DNA from: Monocercomonoides exilis PA203
Lineage: Eukaryota; Protista; Preaxostyla
Direction of reading: 5' to 3'
NCBI GenBank assembly: GCA_001643675.2
Contig: LSRY02000046.1
Coordinates: forward strand, 248,001-312,000
DNA: 64,000 nucleotides
Shown: piece after piece, positions 25,095-41,940 of the stretch
Position numbering within the stretch: position 1 is the stretch's first letter
How the letters are laid out: every line of letters begins with the position of its first letter
Translations under genes and position numbers: made by a program
The notes under the pieces: generated by a model
Seen by the model: only the letters and a program-made list of their open reading frames with translations
What the model was told of the DNA's origin: nothing
The model's database searches: none

Positions 25095-26426
25095 AAAACT
25101 GAAAATAAAAAAAGATCACACGAAATAAAAAACTTGTAATGTTATCATTTGTGAAAATGAATTCCACTTCACTTGCAAGAAGCAAAGCTGGAAATAAGAA
25201 GGAAACGTTGCAAATATCTCAGCTCTCACAGATGTTCGTTCATTGATGCATTTTGTGCAGAATGCCGAATTGTCGAGAATGGAGGCATCGATTTGCACCT
25301 GATGCGTTGTCTTTTGCATCTCTGATCATTTATTTTCGTTTTGAAAAGTGTTTTGGCTTGTTGAATTATCATCAACTTGATGATTGGAAGTTTTCCATTC
25401 GTTTGAGTTGTTGTTCAGAAGTTTTCTTTTCTGTTTTTTCAAATGGTCACTGTTTTTGATTTTTGAGAGGAATTGAGACAAAGAAATCAACGAATATTGG
25501 AAATGAAAAGAAATGTTTTTGTGTATGTGTGCATTGTCGAATTTTTTTGAAAATAAGGAAGATGAATGAGGCATTTCCAATGACTGGGCCTAGCTCGGTC
25601 ATTCTTGAAAAACAAATTGGAATGGTGCTTGCAACAAAAAGAATACTCACAAAAAAATGAATCCAAAAAGAGATTCGAGGAAAAAACTGCTGTTGATTTT
25701 GCTTCAATTATTCATTGGCTCATTCAAAGTGGAGTGTTGTGAGCATTTTGAAATGCATTATTTTGAATTCATAAATATATTTTTCTTCATCAAAAGAAAG
25801 GTGTTTGTTTATTCTTTTGAAGAAATAATTCTTCAACACGCACAAATTGCAGAGAATAACTGATTTTTTGAGCAGTTATTCAAAAAAAAAATTGATTTAT
25901 GATCTTGAGCATTGGTTGGAGCATTCGCTTTCACAAAAACGTTAATAATGCCAAAATCTTTGGAAGATAATTTTCTCGTGATAAATCTTTCTGGCAACAT
26001 CAATTCTCATCCAAAACTGGAGCAAAAACATATCGCTCCAATCAGAACAAACAACGGCAAAGAGCATCCAGAATCGAGAATCAATGCTTTGCCAACAGAA
26101 AATTCAGAGCAGCTGAGCAAGCAGCCATTCTGTGCTTTGAAAAAATAATCAATCTGCTGATGCTGTGTTCATGTTGATGATATTATTCAAAACCTTGCAT
26201 CAGCAACAAATAGTCAACACATAAAAAATCCATTCAAAAAAATAAATAAATAAATAAAAAGACCAATAATAATCGTGGGAAAAAACTTCAAGCAACTTCA
26301 GTGATGCTGATAAATAAATCCAAGCGCAGCACTCGCACAGCACCGCGGAAGCAGGTCAACTCCGGTTCCTTGTGGCCTGCTGCAGCCTCAGCAAAGGCAG
26401 CCGCCCAGCCCCCGACGAAAGCCCTT

Positions 26427-27205
26427 TTAGCACTTCTCTTGCCGCAGAAGCGCAATCTCCCCGTCCAGCTGCTCCAGCGTCTTCTCCTTTTTCTCCACCG
26501 CCTCAAACATCCCAATCACGTCTGCAACGCTCTTCTCTTCCTCCACCTGCTCCTCTTCAAACCACTTGATCAGCTCCGGCATCTTCAGCCCCGGATGCTC
26601 TTTGTCGAACGGCAGGATCTTTTCCCCCAGCTCGTGGATCAGGCTCGTCACATACTCCTCGTGGTGCAGCGACTGCTTGAAAACCTCGACCGGGCTGTCC
26701 CACCTGCAGCCCCAGCCCCCACAAAAACGAAAAAAATAAATAAATAATTAAAGAGTTGAAGAAAATATATGTTGTTGGTTAGTTGGTCGGTCAAAAAAAA
26801 AAAAATGATGATGATGAAAAATAAAAACGGCCATTAAACGTTGCACACACCACTGGACCTCCGGAGCAGGGATCGGAAGAAGATTCACTTTCTGGCCTTT
26901 TGTGGTGAGCCACTCCATGAACTTGAACGCATGCTCCTGCTCCTCCCGCGCCTGCTTGTACATCCACCGCGCCATCCCTGCAGCCCCAAACAAACCCCAA
27001 AAATCCACAGCCCCCGCACTCAAACACAAAAGAAACACAAAGCAAAAATACCTGGAAGCCCTTTTGCCTGGAAGCACGCCCCCATCGAGTTGTACAAGTA
27101 CTGCGAGTAGAGCTCCTTGCTGATCTGGAAGCAGATGGCCTCCACCACGGCTGGCGGCACAGGCGCAGGCGTGGGCTTCGCAAACTGCTTGAAAAGATAT
27201 GGCAT
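26427..27205 (-). CDS. ftnA: Prokaryote-type non-heme ferritin, 3 exons: 27205-27052, 26977-~26851, 26703-26427
   Basis: Spliced product MPYLFKQ...ISKELYSQYLY...REEQEHAFKF...WDSPVEVFKQSLHHEEYVT...WFEEEQVEEE has the complete ferroxidase ligand set. Introns are GT-AG; the intron-2 donor is ambiguous by 3 nt. Confidence 0.9.
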
Positions 27206-27298
27206 TTCTCTTTTTCGATTTTTCCTTATGGGGCGTCGAATTATTTGGAGCGCCTTTGTCCTCCGCAGGCTCGCTCTGCTGCATCGGCAACACGCACA

Positions 27299-28827
27299 AT
27301 GTGGATCGACGCGATTTACGGGGCGGTGCTGGGGAGCTTGGCGCCGCTGGGGGAGTGGTCGGGAGCGCTGATATTCCTGGCTGGATTGTATTTCCTCGGC
27401 TGCGACGCCACGGCCCGCCAGGGGCCTCCCTCGCTCGCATCTGCGCTTTTTGTCTGCTCGTTTGGGAGCATTCTCTCGGCTGTTGTTTTTACGGGTGCGC
27501 CTCCGGGTTTGGCGTTGCTGTTTTGATTTGCTTTTTTTTTCAAGAATTGCTGTGCTTTTCTGCTTTTGCTGTGTTTTTTGTGTGTTTTGTGTGTGAATGC
27601 ATCTGTGCTGCCACCTCGCTGGGAAGCGATTTTGTGGAAGAGGGCGTATTTTGAGTGGTTTGTGCTTGCCCGTGTGGCGTATTTTTGCCTGCCGCAAAGC
27701 GCTGTTCAGAAATTGGGGCGAAGGCCTCTTCGCGGGTGGCTGTTTGCGAGCGCATCAGTTGTGCTTGTGCATGAGATGCACGAGTGCTGTGTTGCGTGTG
27801 CGCACAGCGAGGGAGTGAATGCGCTTTTGGCGGTGGGAGCAACTGGATATGCTGTGTGTGTGCTTCCGCTGCAGATGTTTTGCCGCCTTGGCCATTACGG
27901 CTACGAGGACGAGGTTACTACGTATGAATCTGAATTTTTTGTTTGTTTGTTTGTTTGTTGTGCGAGACGATTTGTGTCATTTTTTGAGATGCAATTTTTG
28001 TGTTTGTGCATTTTAATTGATTTTAAATGGAATACGATTTTTTTCATTGATTTTGAATTTTGGAATGCTCATGGATTTCGTTTGTGCAATGTTGTGTGCA
28101 TGTGTATTATTAACTGTGTGGGCCATGATGATTGGTGCGTTGCGTGTTTTTGCGCAGGATGGCATGCATCGCGGGTGTCTCGGGGGTTGTGCAGCTGGTC
28201 AGTTTGTGGTGTTTTGAGATGGCAGGGAGCGGAGCAAGGCTGGCTGGCGGAGCAAATCCTTCAAGTTTTTCCCGCTCTGCGGATGCGTTGTTTGGAAGGG
28301 TGTGGAGCAGAAAGAAGGAAGGAGAGACAGGAGATGGGCGTGTGGACTCTGTTTCGCTGCTGATTGCTGCCACGGGGCATGGTTTTGCACATGTTGTTGC
28401 AACTGTGTGTGTTTCTGCTGATGCGTTTTTTTATTTATTTTATTGAGAGGCTGAGAGGTTGGGAGGTTGGGGGGTTGGGGCTTGAGGAGTGAAAGTTGAG
28501 AAAGAGCAGAAAAGCAATGAGGAAAAGAGAAACATTGCATGAGCTGTTGGAATGCGGCTGCAGATTGGCTCGTTCTCTGTTTATGTTTTGTTTCTGGGTT
28601 TTGAGGAAGAGTTTTGTGAATATGCAGCATTTCAGAGGATTTGTTATTATCTTATTTTTTTTTTTTTTTGATTTGAACAAACGCAGATGAGAAGGACAGC
28701 ACGGATGCGGAGCCTTCAGGAGCGTCGCAAGGCGAAGGCAGCGCTTTTGGATGAGCTGTGTGCTGAGCAGGAGCAGCTGCTGGACGAGCTGGGCCCAAAG
28801 GAAGGCGCTCGGAAAAGGGGGAAATGA
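27299..28827 (+). CDS. Putative multi-exon membrane protein divergent from ferritin
   Basis: GC-rich exon-like blocks (MWIDAIYGAVLG..., KLGRRPLRGWLF..., MACIAGVSGVVQL..., MRRTARMRSLQERRKAK...TGA) separated by T-rich GT..CAG stretches. Exon joins not fully resolved. Confidence 0.45.
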
Positions 28828-29586
28828 AGGTGCCTTTGTGGCCATCCAGATGCCCATTTGCTTGCACTTTGAAATGGCTTTGTGTTGTTTGGCGAGGAGA
28901 AAGAATGGCCAAGCGGGGCTGGGGAAAAGGAAGGAAGAAGGCTCGAAATAAGTTGGGATTGAGGAATGGGGAAAGGGAAGGGAAAGCGAACAAAATAACT
29001 GCTTCATGTGCATGTGTGCTCGTGTGAAAAAGAAAGACTCTTTTAAGCGTGTTGAAGAAATGCTGGCAGAATGTTGCAAGAGCACGCAGAATGAATGTGC
29101 TTTTGGGGTGCATGTTTTTGTCCCCTATTGAATATTTTGTTTACACACGTCACCGATAATTCGAAAAAGCAAAGCCAAAACTCTATTTTTTTCAGTTGAT
29201 GAATGTTGCTTGCAAAAAATGGCTTGCACATCTGCGTCATAGATTTTGTTTGACAGAATTGTTTGGGGCGTATCAAGATATATTCTAACAAGACAGTTGT
29301 TTTCAGAAAATATTTGAAATGGGAGAAAAAAGTTTTTTTCTTGCTAATTCTTAATTTATCGAAATTATTCATCAATACATTCATTTGTTTCGATCATTCA
29401 ACAAAGTTTCATTTGAAGCGTAATTTTTGAAATCACTTATTTTTTTCTTTGTTTGTCCTTTTTGGCCGTGCAACAATATTAATAAATTCTTTAAAATTCA
29501 AACTCATTCCCTTTCAACAATGCAATAAATAATTGTTTGTTGTATTTTCATGTGAATTACTTCTCCTGGATTAAATAAGTTCATTT

Positions 29587-29843
29587 GGGTGAATATTTTT
29601 GTAATCATAACTTTTTTCGGGGTATTAATGTTTTTATATGTTATTGACCATCTGGAAGAGATTTTGAATTCAAATACTGAATTCATCACGACTGTTTTAA
29701 AAAAACAAATGTGAAAGCTAAAAAAAGACGAAGATCTTTTTTATATGCTTGTTTACTTTTCAGTGTTCATTTGTTGATATTCTCGGATATTTTTGAAACT
29801 GAAAATTTAGATTGAAGAAATTTGATTTCAAAAATAATCACCC
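29587..29843. mobile_element. MITE family D (GGGTGATTATTTTTGAAATCA TIR), free-standing diverged copy
   Basis: Ends and length (257 bp) match the MITE nested at 45442-45699; an orphan TIR lies near 29976. Confidence 0.75.
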
Positions 29844-31246
29844 ATATATAAAAACTGTATTTGTCCATTTCTGATTTTTGTGGCTTCTGAAGTTATATCC
29901 CATTTTTGTGCTTGCTTGTTTTGAATGAAGTTGGAATCAATGATGGAACATATTTATCATTGTTAATGTAATGTGGGTGATTATTTTTGATATCGTATTT
30001 CCTCCTTCTCCTCACTCCACGAAATGTTGATTCAATCAAAGAATCGAATCATTGAAATTCCAATTCATATAAAACTATTCTGTGCATTTTATTTCCTTTC
30101 GAAAAAGGTTATAAAGTGAACGTTAATAATGGTGGATACTCTCAATAACAGTGGAAAGTGGAGTTTTTTCAACAACTTTTGATGGTTGCACTTCAACAAA
30201 TTTCTCAGTTATTAAAACATCGTGCGAACAGACTCGTAACACACAGAACTTTAACAACTTGTCTCATTGCGTTTTGAAAAAAAACTAATATTTATGATGC
30301 GTACATAAACCTTCACTCCATTACAAGATGATGCTTGATTAACTGATTGTGAGATTTCATCAAAAGTGTTTATTGTTGAAAAAGACTGAAAATATAATAT
30401 TTGCGTTTTTTCCAAAAGGAAAGAAAGAATGAACAAGCACTCAAAATTAGTTTTGTCATTTTTAACTTCTGATGAAAATTTCATTCTGAACTTAAGCACA
30501 AAAAATAATTCTAAATAAAGAAAAATAAACAATAATAATAATTAATTTTCATAATAAAATATTTTTGATATGTGGGATGGATAACTTTTGTTTTGTGGTG
30601 AAATTTCTCTTTATTTGAATTTCATTAGAATACTTTGTTTATCGATATTAGAAAAATGATGAATTTCTTTAAAAAAAAGAAAAAGAAAGAAAGAAAGAAA
30701 TGAAAAGAAATTTAATAACAATTTCAAATATTTGAGGAAAAAAACATGTTTTCTATGTTTAATAAAGAAATGATTTCATTTCAGATTCATTTCACTGACT
30801 TTTGACATTTTTGAACAAAAAGATCTGAGATTATGGAAAATCCTCAATAAAAACAAAATATATTTTTTCTGAATGCAAACAGTAAGAATGAATCATTTTT
30901 GAATTTCATAAATATCCATCAATTTATTTGGAGATTTATTCTGAAGAATTTGACAAAAAATAAGATTGATCTCAACCCAATGATTTTTTTGAACAATGTC
31001 AACAACTGTTTTGCTGATTTCTGTTGGAGTGCTCTGCATAGAAGAAGCACGCTTCACATGGTCACGACGGCACGACAGTGGGACGTGACGAGCACTTGGA
31101 GAAGGAGTTGGACGCAGGAAAAAGAAGGGTGTATGGGAGCAATCGTGTCATTTCGATGAGAAAAACACGTCAAAAGAAGAATTATGGATTTGAATTAAAT
31201 AAAACAAATTCAGTCGTAGAAGGCACAGCTATTGTTAACACTTGGA

Positions 31247-31654
31247 ATGGCAAAGCAAGACATGAAAAGCACGAAGCAAATAGTTGCAAAAGAGGAAAAA
31301 AGCAACTCAGGAGATGTCGTCCAGCGGTTTCATGAAGAAGCAAATGCCGGGAAAAAGAAGCTTACACAGAAACAAAAGGAGCAAAAGATATTGTCAAAAG
31401 ACGCGAAGAAGAATGTTGGAGTCAAAAGCGGAAAGGATAAAACGAAAGGAGGAAAGCCAGGAGGGAAAGGAGGGAAAAAGAGTTCGAGCTCAGGATGGAA
31501 GGTTGCACTGGTGACTGGGGTTTGCGTGGCTGCTGCGGTTGGAGTGTTTGCAGGACACTATTTCATGGGGGATAAGTTGAATGTTATGTCTTGGATAAAG
31601 ACAATCACGGCCCACAACCCAGATAGATACCCCGCGAGACAAACTGCCAACTAA
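31247..31654 (+). CDS. Small Lys-rich protein with a C-proximal TM helix
   Basis: ATG at 31247; charged N-terminal region followed by WKVALVTGVCVAAAVGVFAG; an upstream exon is possible. Confidence 0.65.
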   Translation: MAKQDMKSTKQIVAKEEKSNSGDVVQRFHEEANAGKKKLTQKQKEQKILSKDAKKNVGVKSGKDKTKGGKPGGKGGKKSSSSGWKVALVTGVCVAAAVGVFAGHYFMGDKLNVMSWIKTITAHNPDRYPARQTAN

Positions 31655-31860
31655 TAACATTTGAGACCACTTTTATTTTATTGATTCAAAATGTTTGAAT
31701 TTTTTATAGTTGTGGTTGTTGGTGAAAAGATTTTAATTTTAATTAATGTTGTATCTCATAAGCTATTAATAAATTTTTAGAAGTTGTCATTTCATAAAGA
31801 TATCTTTTATCTTCAATTAAAAATTCCATAAGTTTTTCTTATTTTTTTTGATATTTTATT

Positions 31861-32632
31861 ATGGAGAATTGTACTTCAAAAAAGGTTGCATTGGATGATA
31901 ATGGAAATATTTTAAAAGGTAATTTATTTGTATTAAACAATTTGTGTTTTAATATTATTACATGAAAATAGCGTCTCCTGATTTTATTATTCAAATTTGC
32001 GGCTCTTTTCTTGTTGGGGTTTTTCTTATTACAACCTCGAATTTTTCGATAAGAAATAGCAATCCAATTATGCGCTTGGTTTTGAAGTTCTTGTTATTTT
32101 TAAGTGTATAATTTGCCTTGTGAATTATTTTTGATAACTTTTTTATTCTTAGTTTGGATTGATTTCATTTGTAACATTGATTGCTTTTGAGGTATCAAAG
32201 ATTTTATTAATATTAAAGAAAAATACGAATTTGTTTTTTTTTTCACAGTATCTATGGAATGCATCGACTTTTTCTTCAATAATTAGTTTAGATAATACCA
32301 AAAAAGAAATAACAATTACAAAATTGCCCGTTGGTTTTGCGAAAGCTTTGGGACAGCGAGAACGAAAGCAAATTATAAAATTGGATGAAATCAAACAAAT
32401 ATGTTTGAAAACGAAAGAGATTGCAGAAGCATTTAAGAATCTGGGTGTTAAGCTTGTTGATGTAAATCATTCGTTTATTATAATAATGAAAAACGGAAAT
32501 GTTGTTGAACCTCATTGTAGAATAGAAAACATGAGTGCACTTGAAGATTTTATTGCAAAAGTTAGATCATTAAACCAAAAAGATCTTGAGAAAATACATA
32601 ATCAAATTGATGAAAGCTTGAAAAAGAGTTGA
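31861..32632 (+). CDS. Hypothetical small membrane protein, about 4 exons
   Basis: ATG at 31861; short GT-AG introns near 31919-31970, 32104-32152 and 32192-32248; hydrophobic exons; last exon open to TGA 32632. Confidence 0.55.
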
Positions 32633-33109
32633 AAATAATATTTAAATAGTTTTTTTTTACCTCAGATGCAAAAATTGTTTGTGATATTTTACGCCACAAA
32701 AAATTGTCATATTTACGTTATTGTTTTCTATTTTATTCAGCAATATTTGCTTTTTGAAGAAAGATTTCAATTTTATTTTTTATTAAGTGGAGATAATTCA
32801 ACAAATTCTTTTTTTAAAAAAACCAATGTGAATCACATGAAACAACGAAAATGTTATTGAAATGAAAGTACAGCAATAACAACAAGCTGATAAAGTCATT
32901 TAATAACAATTGTTATGTATGTATGTATTGAAAATATTACTTATGGCATAAGCAGACAAACAGCGAAGGAAAATGAATGAATCCACAAAATAGAAAGAGA
33001 GTACTTTCTTTTTTCTTTCTTTTCTTTTCTTTTTGGAGCTTGATAAATCTGAAATTGTGATGCAAAAATTTCACAAACATGTAAGAAATTGAACTCCAGA
33101 TAATAATGA

Positions 33110-38342
<5,233 letters not shown>

Positions 38343-38719
38343 TTTATAAAATGAAGATCACATTCTTAATCCATAATATTTTTGTTCTTTTTCTTAAAAA
38401 GAGAGTGAAAAAAACTCCTGTTAATAAAAACAAGAATTAAAGTTTGAAAATTGATTTTTCTTTTGATCGTTTTATTTGGGATTTATGACATCTCTCTTTA
38501 AGTTTGTTTGAAAAAAAAAAATTTAACCTTATCATTCCCCAATAAATCATTTCATAAGATGCGCAGGGGAATGTGAAATATATATATATGGTTCAGCGTA
38601 ATTGTCATAATAATTAAACATCTGCATATACATTCATTGTAAGAGATGAATTTTTTGGATCTTTAAGTCCTATTTTTTCGATGTTATTCAAATGAAGTGT
38701 TGCGAGGTGTATTGATAAA

Positions 38720-39686
38720 TCATACAACTATTCTGTAAGTGACATATCTTCCAGCTGTTTCGGATGGTCTAACTATTTTAACCACTTGCCCTTTTTTCAA
38801 TCCAAAATACTTCGCAACTGGATCTGCTTGCTGAATTCGAGGTAGCTGAGCTTCTTTGACTTTGCTAAATTTTTATGCAAATTGAATCATTAAAATTTAT
38901 TATTGAAAATGCACCATTGTTGATAAGAAAATCATTTTTATCTTGTTAAAACGAATAAATATATATGCAAACTATTTTGTGAGAAGTGCAGCCTTTTGTT
39001 CATCTGATAAGGGAATATGTTGTGGAACAAGAATCTTTTCGATAATTGAAATCATATTTAAGCAATTGCTGCAATAAATGAAATTACATACATGTTTTGT
39101 AACATTAACACGAAGTTCGCTTTCCAAAAACTGTTCAATGGTGTATCCCTTCAAAGCCAATGCTGCGAGAAACTATTGTATATTATTTAATTTCAATGGA
39201 AATGAATGGGGAAAAAATCTTCCATACGTCTCTTGCATGTGAAAGAAAGCCTTCTTGAGCAATTAAAATTGCATGTTTTACTCCTTCATCTTTGGCATAT
39301 TGAATGTATCTAAAATAATATTTTTTATATCATACATAACATCGCGCTTATAATTATTTGGAAATTTTTATGCACACTTTCTAGCAGATATAATTCTCAC
39401 TTTTGGTTCAGCGCAAAAGAAAACCATCACATGTTCATTTGTAACTCTATGGCTTGCCAGAATAGTCAAATCTTCACGTCTATAATGTGATTCATCAATG
39501 TATAATATTAGCAATTTTTCAACTTAAATATGCACACGAAACAGAGCCAGATAACTGATCACGAAAAGTAGCCAATGTCATCTCCAAATGTTCTTTACTT
39601 ACATTATAACCACGATCATCCAACATTTGCCATACTGTTCTTCTTATTCGATATAAATGTTCAACGGTGGTTGCTTGAGTTGCCAT
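38720..39686 (-). CDS. RPB5: RNA polymerase I/II/III shared subunit RPB5, 6 exons
   Basis: [79 protein letters not shown]. Confidence 0.96.
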
Positions 39687-39924
39687 TTAACAGATAAAAT
39701 ATATCAACAAATAAATAAAAATTGCATAAAGGGGATAAACCATTAAAAAAAATAATTACAGTTTCAATGAAAGAAAATAGAAATAATTTGTATTCTTTAT
39801 CATCAATTTTTGAGATAAATGATATTCTCTTAAAGTCATTAAATAGCGGTTATGTTCGAAAAAAAACACTCGAAGTATTTGAAGGATTTAAAACTATTTT
39901 GATGTTAAAAAGACAAAAAGAACT

Positions 39925-39995
39925 TGCAGTAACCGGGACTCGAACCCGGGTCGCAACGATGGCAACGTTGCATTCTACCCCTAGACCATTACTGC
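39925..39995 (-). tRNA. tRNA-Gly(GCC)
   Basis: GCAGTAATGGTCTAGGGGTAGAATGCAACGTTGCCATCGTTGCGACCCGGGTTCGAGTCCCGGTTACTGCA folds as a cloverleaf with anticodon GCC. Confidence 0.96.
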
Positions 39996-40188
39996 TTGTT
40001 GAAAAAAAGTTGATTTATTTCATACTTTATTTAATATCATTATCTTATTCATTTTAGAAAAAAATATTTTTTATATACTTTATTTTTTGTTATCTTTGCA
40101 ATTTGTAATTGCTCTTTTCAATCTATATTTTTAGTAACCCTGGGTGACGTGAAGAAAAAAGTTCGTTACGTCCGTCACCAATTTTCCA

Positions 40189-40190
<2 letters not shown>

Positions 40191-40252
<62 letters not shown>
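40191..40252. repeat. Poly(A) run, 62 nt
   Basis: Homopolymer just inside the left piggyBac-like end. Confidence 0.95.
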
Positions 40253-40254
<2 letters not shown>

Positions 40255-40665
40255 CTTTATTTTTATTCAGAGAATAACAACTTGAAAATTTAAAAAATAA
40301 ATATACGAACATTAATAATACCTTTTAAGATTTTTTGTGAATGATCAAAATATCCCATTACAGAATAATCAATTTTTTATATAAAAATTATCTTCGAAAT
40401 GGCTTATTTGTAGAACAAATCAGTTTAATTTTGGTATGAATTCAAAATTTTTCACACTTATTTTTTTTTTTGAACATTTCAATTTCTTTCTTCTTTATTA
40501 ACGTGTGTTTATTTTGTTTGAATTGTTGAAGTGTGACACTTTCCAACTGCAATATTAGCAAAAAATAAAGGAGAAGAATATTGAAAATACGTTTTGGGGT
40601 TTGCATTTTATGTTAATGCTGATTTTTTTATGATTGTGATAATGTCTTATTTATTTTATTCAGAA

Positions 40666-41940
40666 ATGTTTTCTGAGCTTGAAAGATGCAATGGAGATGC
40701 GCAGACAGCAAATGGAAGAAATGCTTGGAATAATTGAAGCAATGTGAGACAAAGGATTTAATTTGTTCTCACAAAAAAAAAGTTTGATAATATATACAAA
40801 ATGATCGAACATAAAAAATTGTGTCTGGCACTGCAGCTGTGTTTCTGGAGCATGTTGAATATTGGAAAATTATGATGAGCGTGAATATTTATGGTTTGAA
40901 CGGTTCGTTTCTTTGTGAAATATAAGAAAAGTTAATTCTCGAAAAATAGAAGAAAGGAGAAGAAAAGAAAGAAACGCTCTGGTTTATCTTTGTGATTGTT
41001 ATCTGCTGCTCTCTAATGGTTTAATTTCTAAAGAAGTTCCTTCCATTTTTGTTCCTTGTCTTTTGAAAGCTGTTTTGAACAAAGACGAAAATGAAGAGCT
41101 GCAAAAAGAAGTGGAAATGTCATTGGTGGTCTTGAGTTGCTTTTGTGCAGAATGTGTGAACATTTTTATGTAATTTTCAATGTCAGGTTTTTTTGTTTTT
41201 TTAAGTTTGTCGAGCAGAAGCTGTATCTGAATGGGAAGCGGGAGTAATCCAATGTAATCAGGAACCCAACATTCTTTCTCATCTTAACTATTATTTTATT
41301 TGGGTATTTCGGATTCAAAAATTCTGTTTCAAAAGAAGCTTGGAAGATATTGTGTAAATGAGCTGCATTTTGCGAGAGAAGCAGTGAGAGAACTTGAAGA
41401 GCTGTCGAAATGTGTGGATTGGAAGAGAGGAAAAGAAACCAAAGAAGAATTCATTTTATTGGGATGGTTCGGAACGTTGGACTCTTTCTTTAGGGAATGC
41501 AAATTATGGAATGAAGAATTTGCTTGGCTTATCGAAAGCGTTGTTCGGGTGCTTCGAACAGCAATGGATAATTATGGAGAAATTAGCAAATAATGCTTTG
41601 AATTAATAAGAAGAGCAGCAGATGGCACAGGCGTGAAGTTTGAAGACTTTTTGAAAGGGGGAGCAGTTAAAGTTGTTTTGGAGGACATTCAGCAGCAAAC
41701 AGTGAATGACAGAACTGTGAGTGATCTATTGAGTTTTTTAATTTCATTTCATGGGGAATGAAAGAAAAGACTGGTAACAAAATGAAAGAGGCAAAGAGAA
41801 AGACAACCAAAAGGGAGATGCTCAAAAAGATGGAAGAAGAAGGATATGAAAGTATCATCGCTATTTCTTTGCGAATTGCTTTATATTTTTTATAAAAAAT
41901 ATTTTGTTTAATTGCCGATGAATATTTTTGTCTATTTAAC
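40666..41940 (+). pseudogene. Decayed member of an expanded helical hypothetical-protein family, inside the piggyBac-like ends
   Basis: Broken frames: MFSELERCNG, VPCLLKAVLNKDENEELQKEVEMSLVVLSC, ELHFAREAVRELEELSKCVDWKR, KMEEEGYE. Confidence 0.6.

Noticed and set aside
26300-26425. Hammerhead, TPP or SECIS-like RNA near the ferritin 3' end
   Set aside because: GACGAAA is present, but the CUGANGA core and the required stems are not; no other consensus fits.
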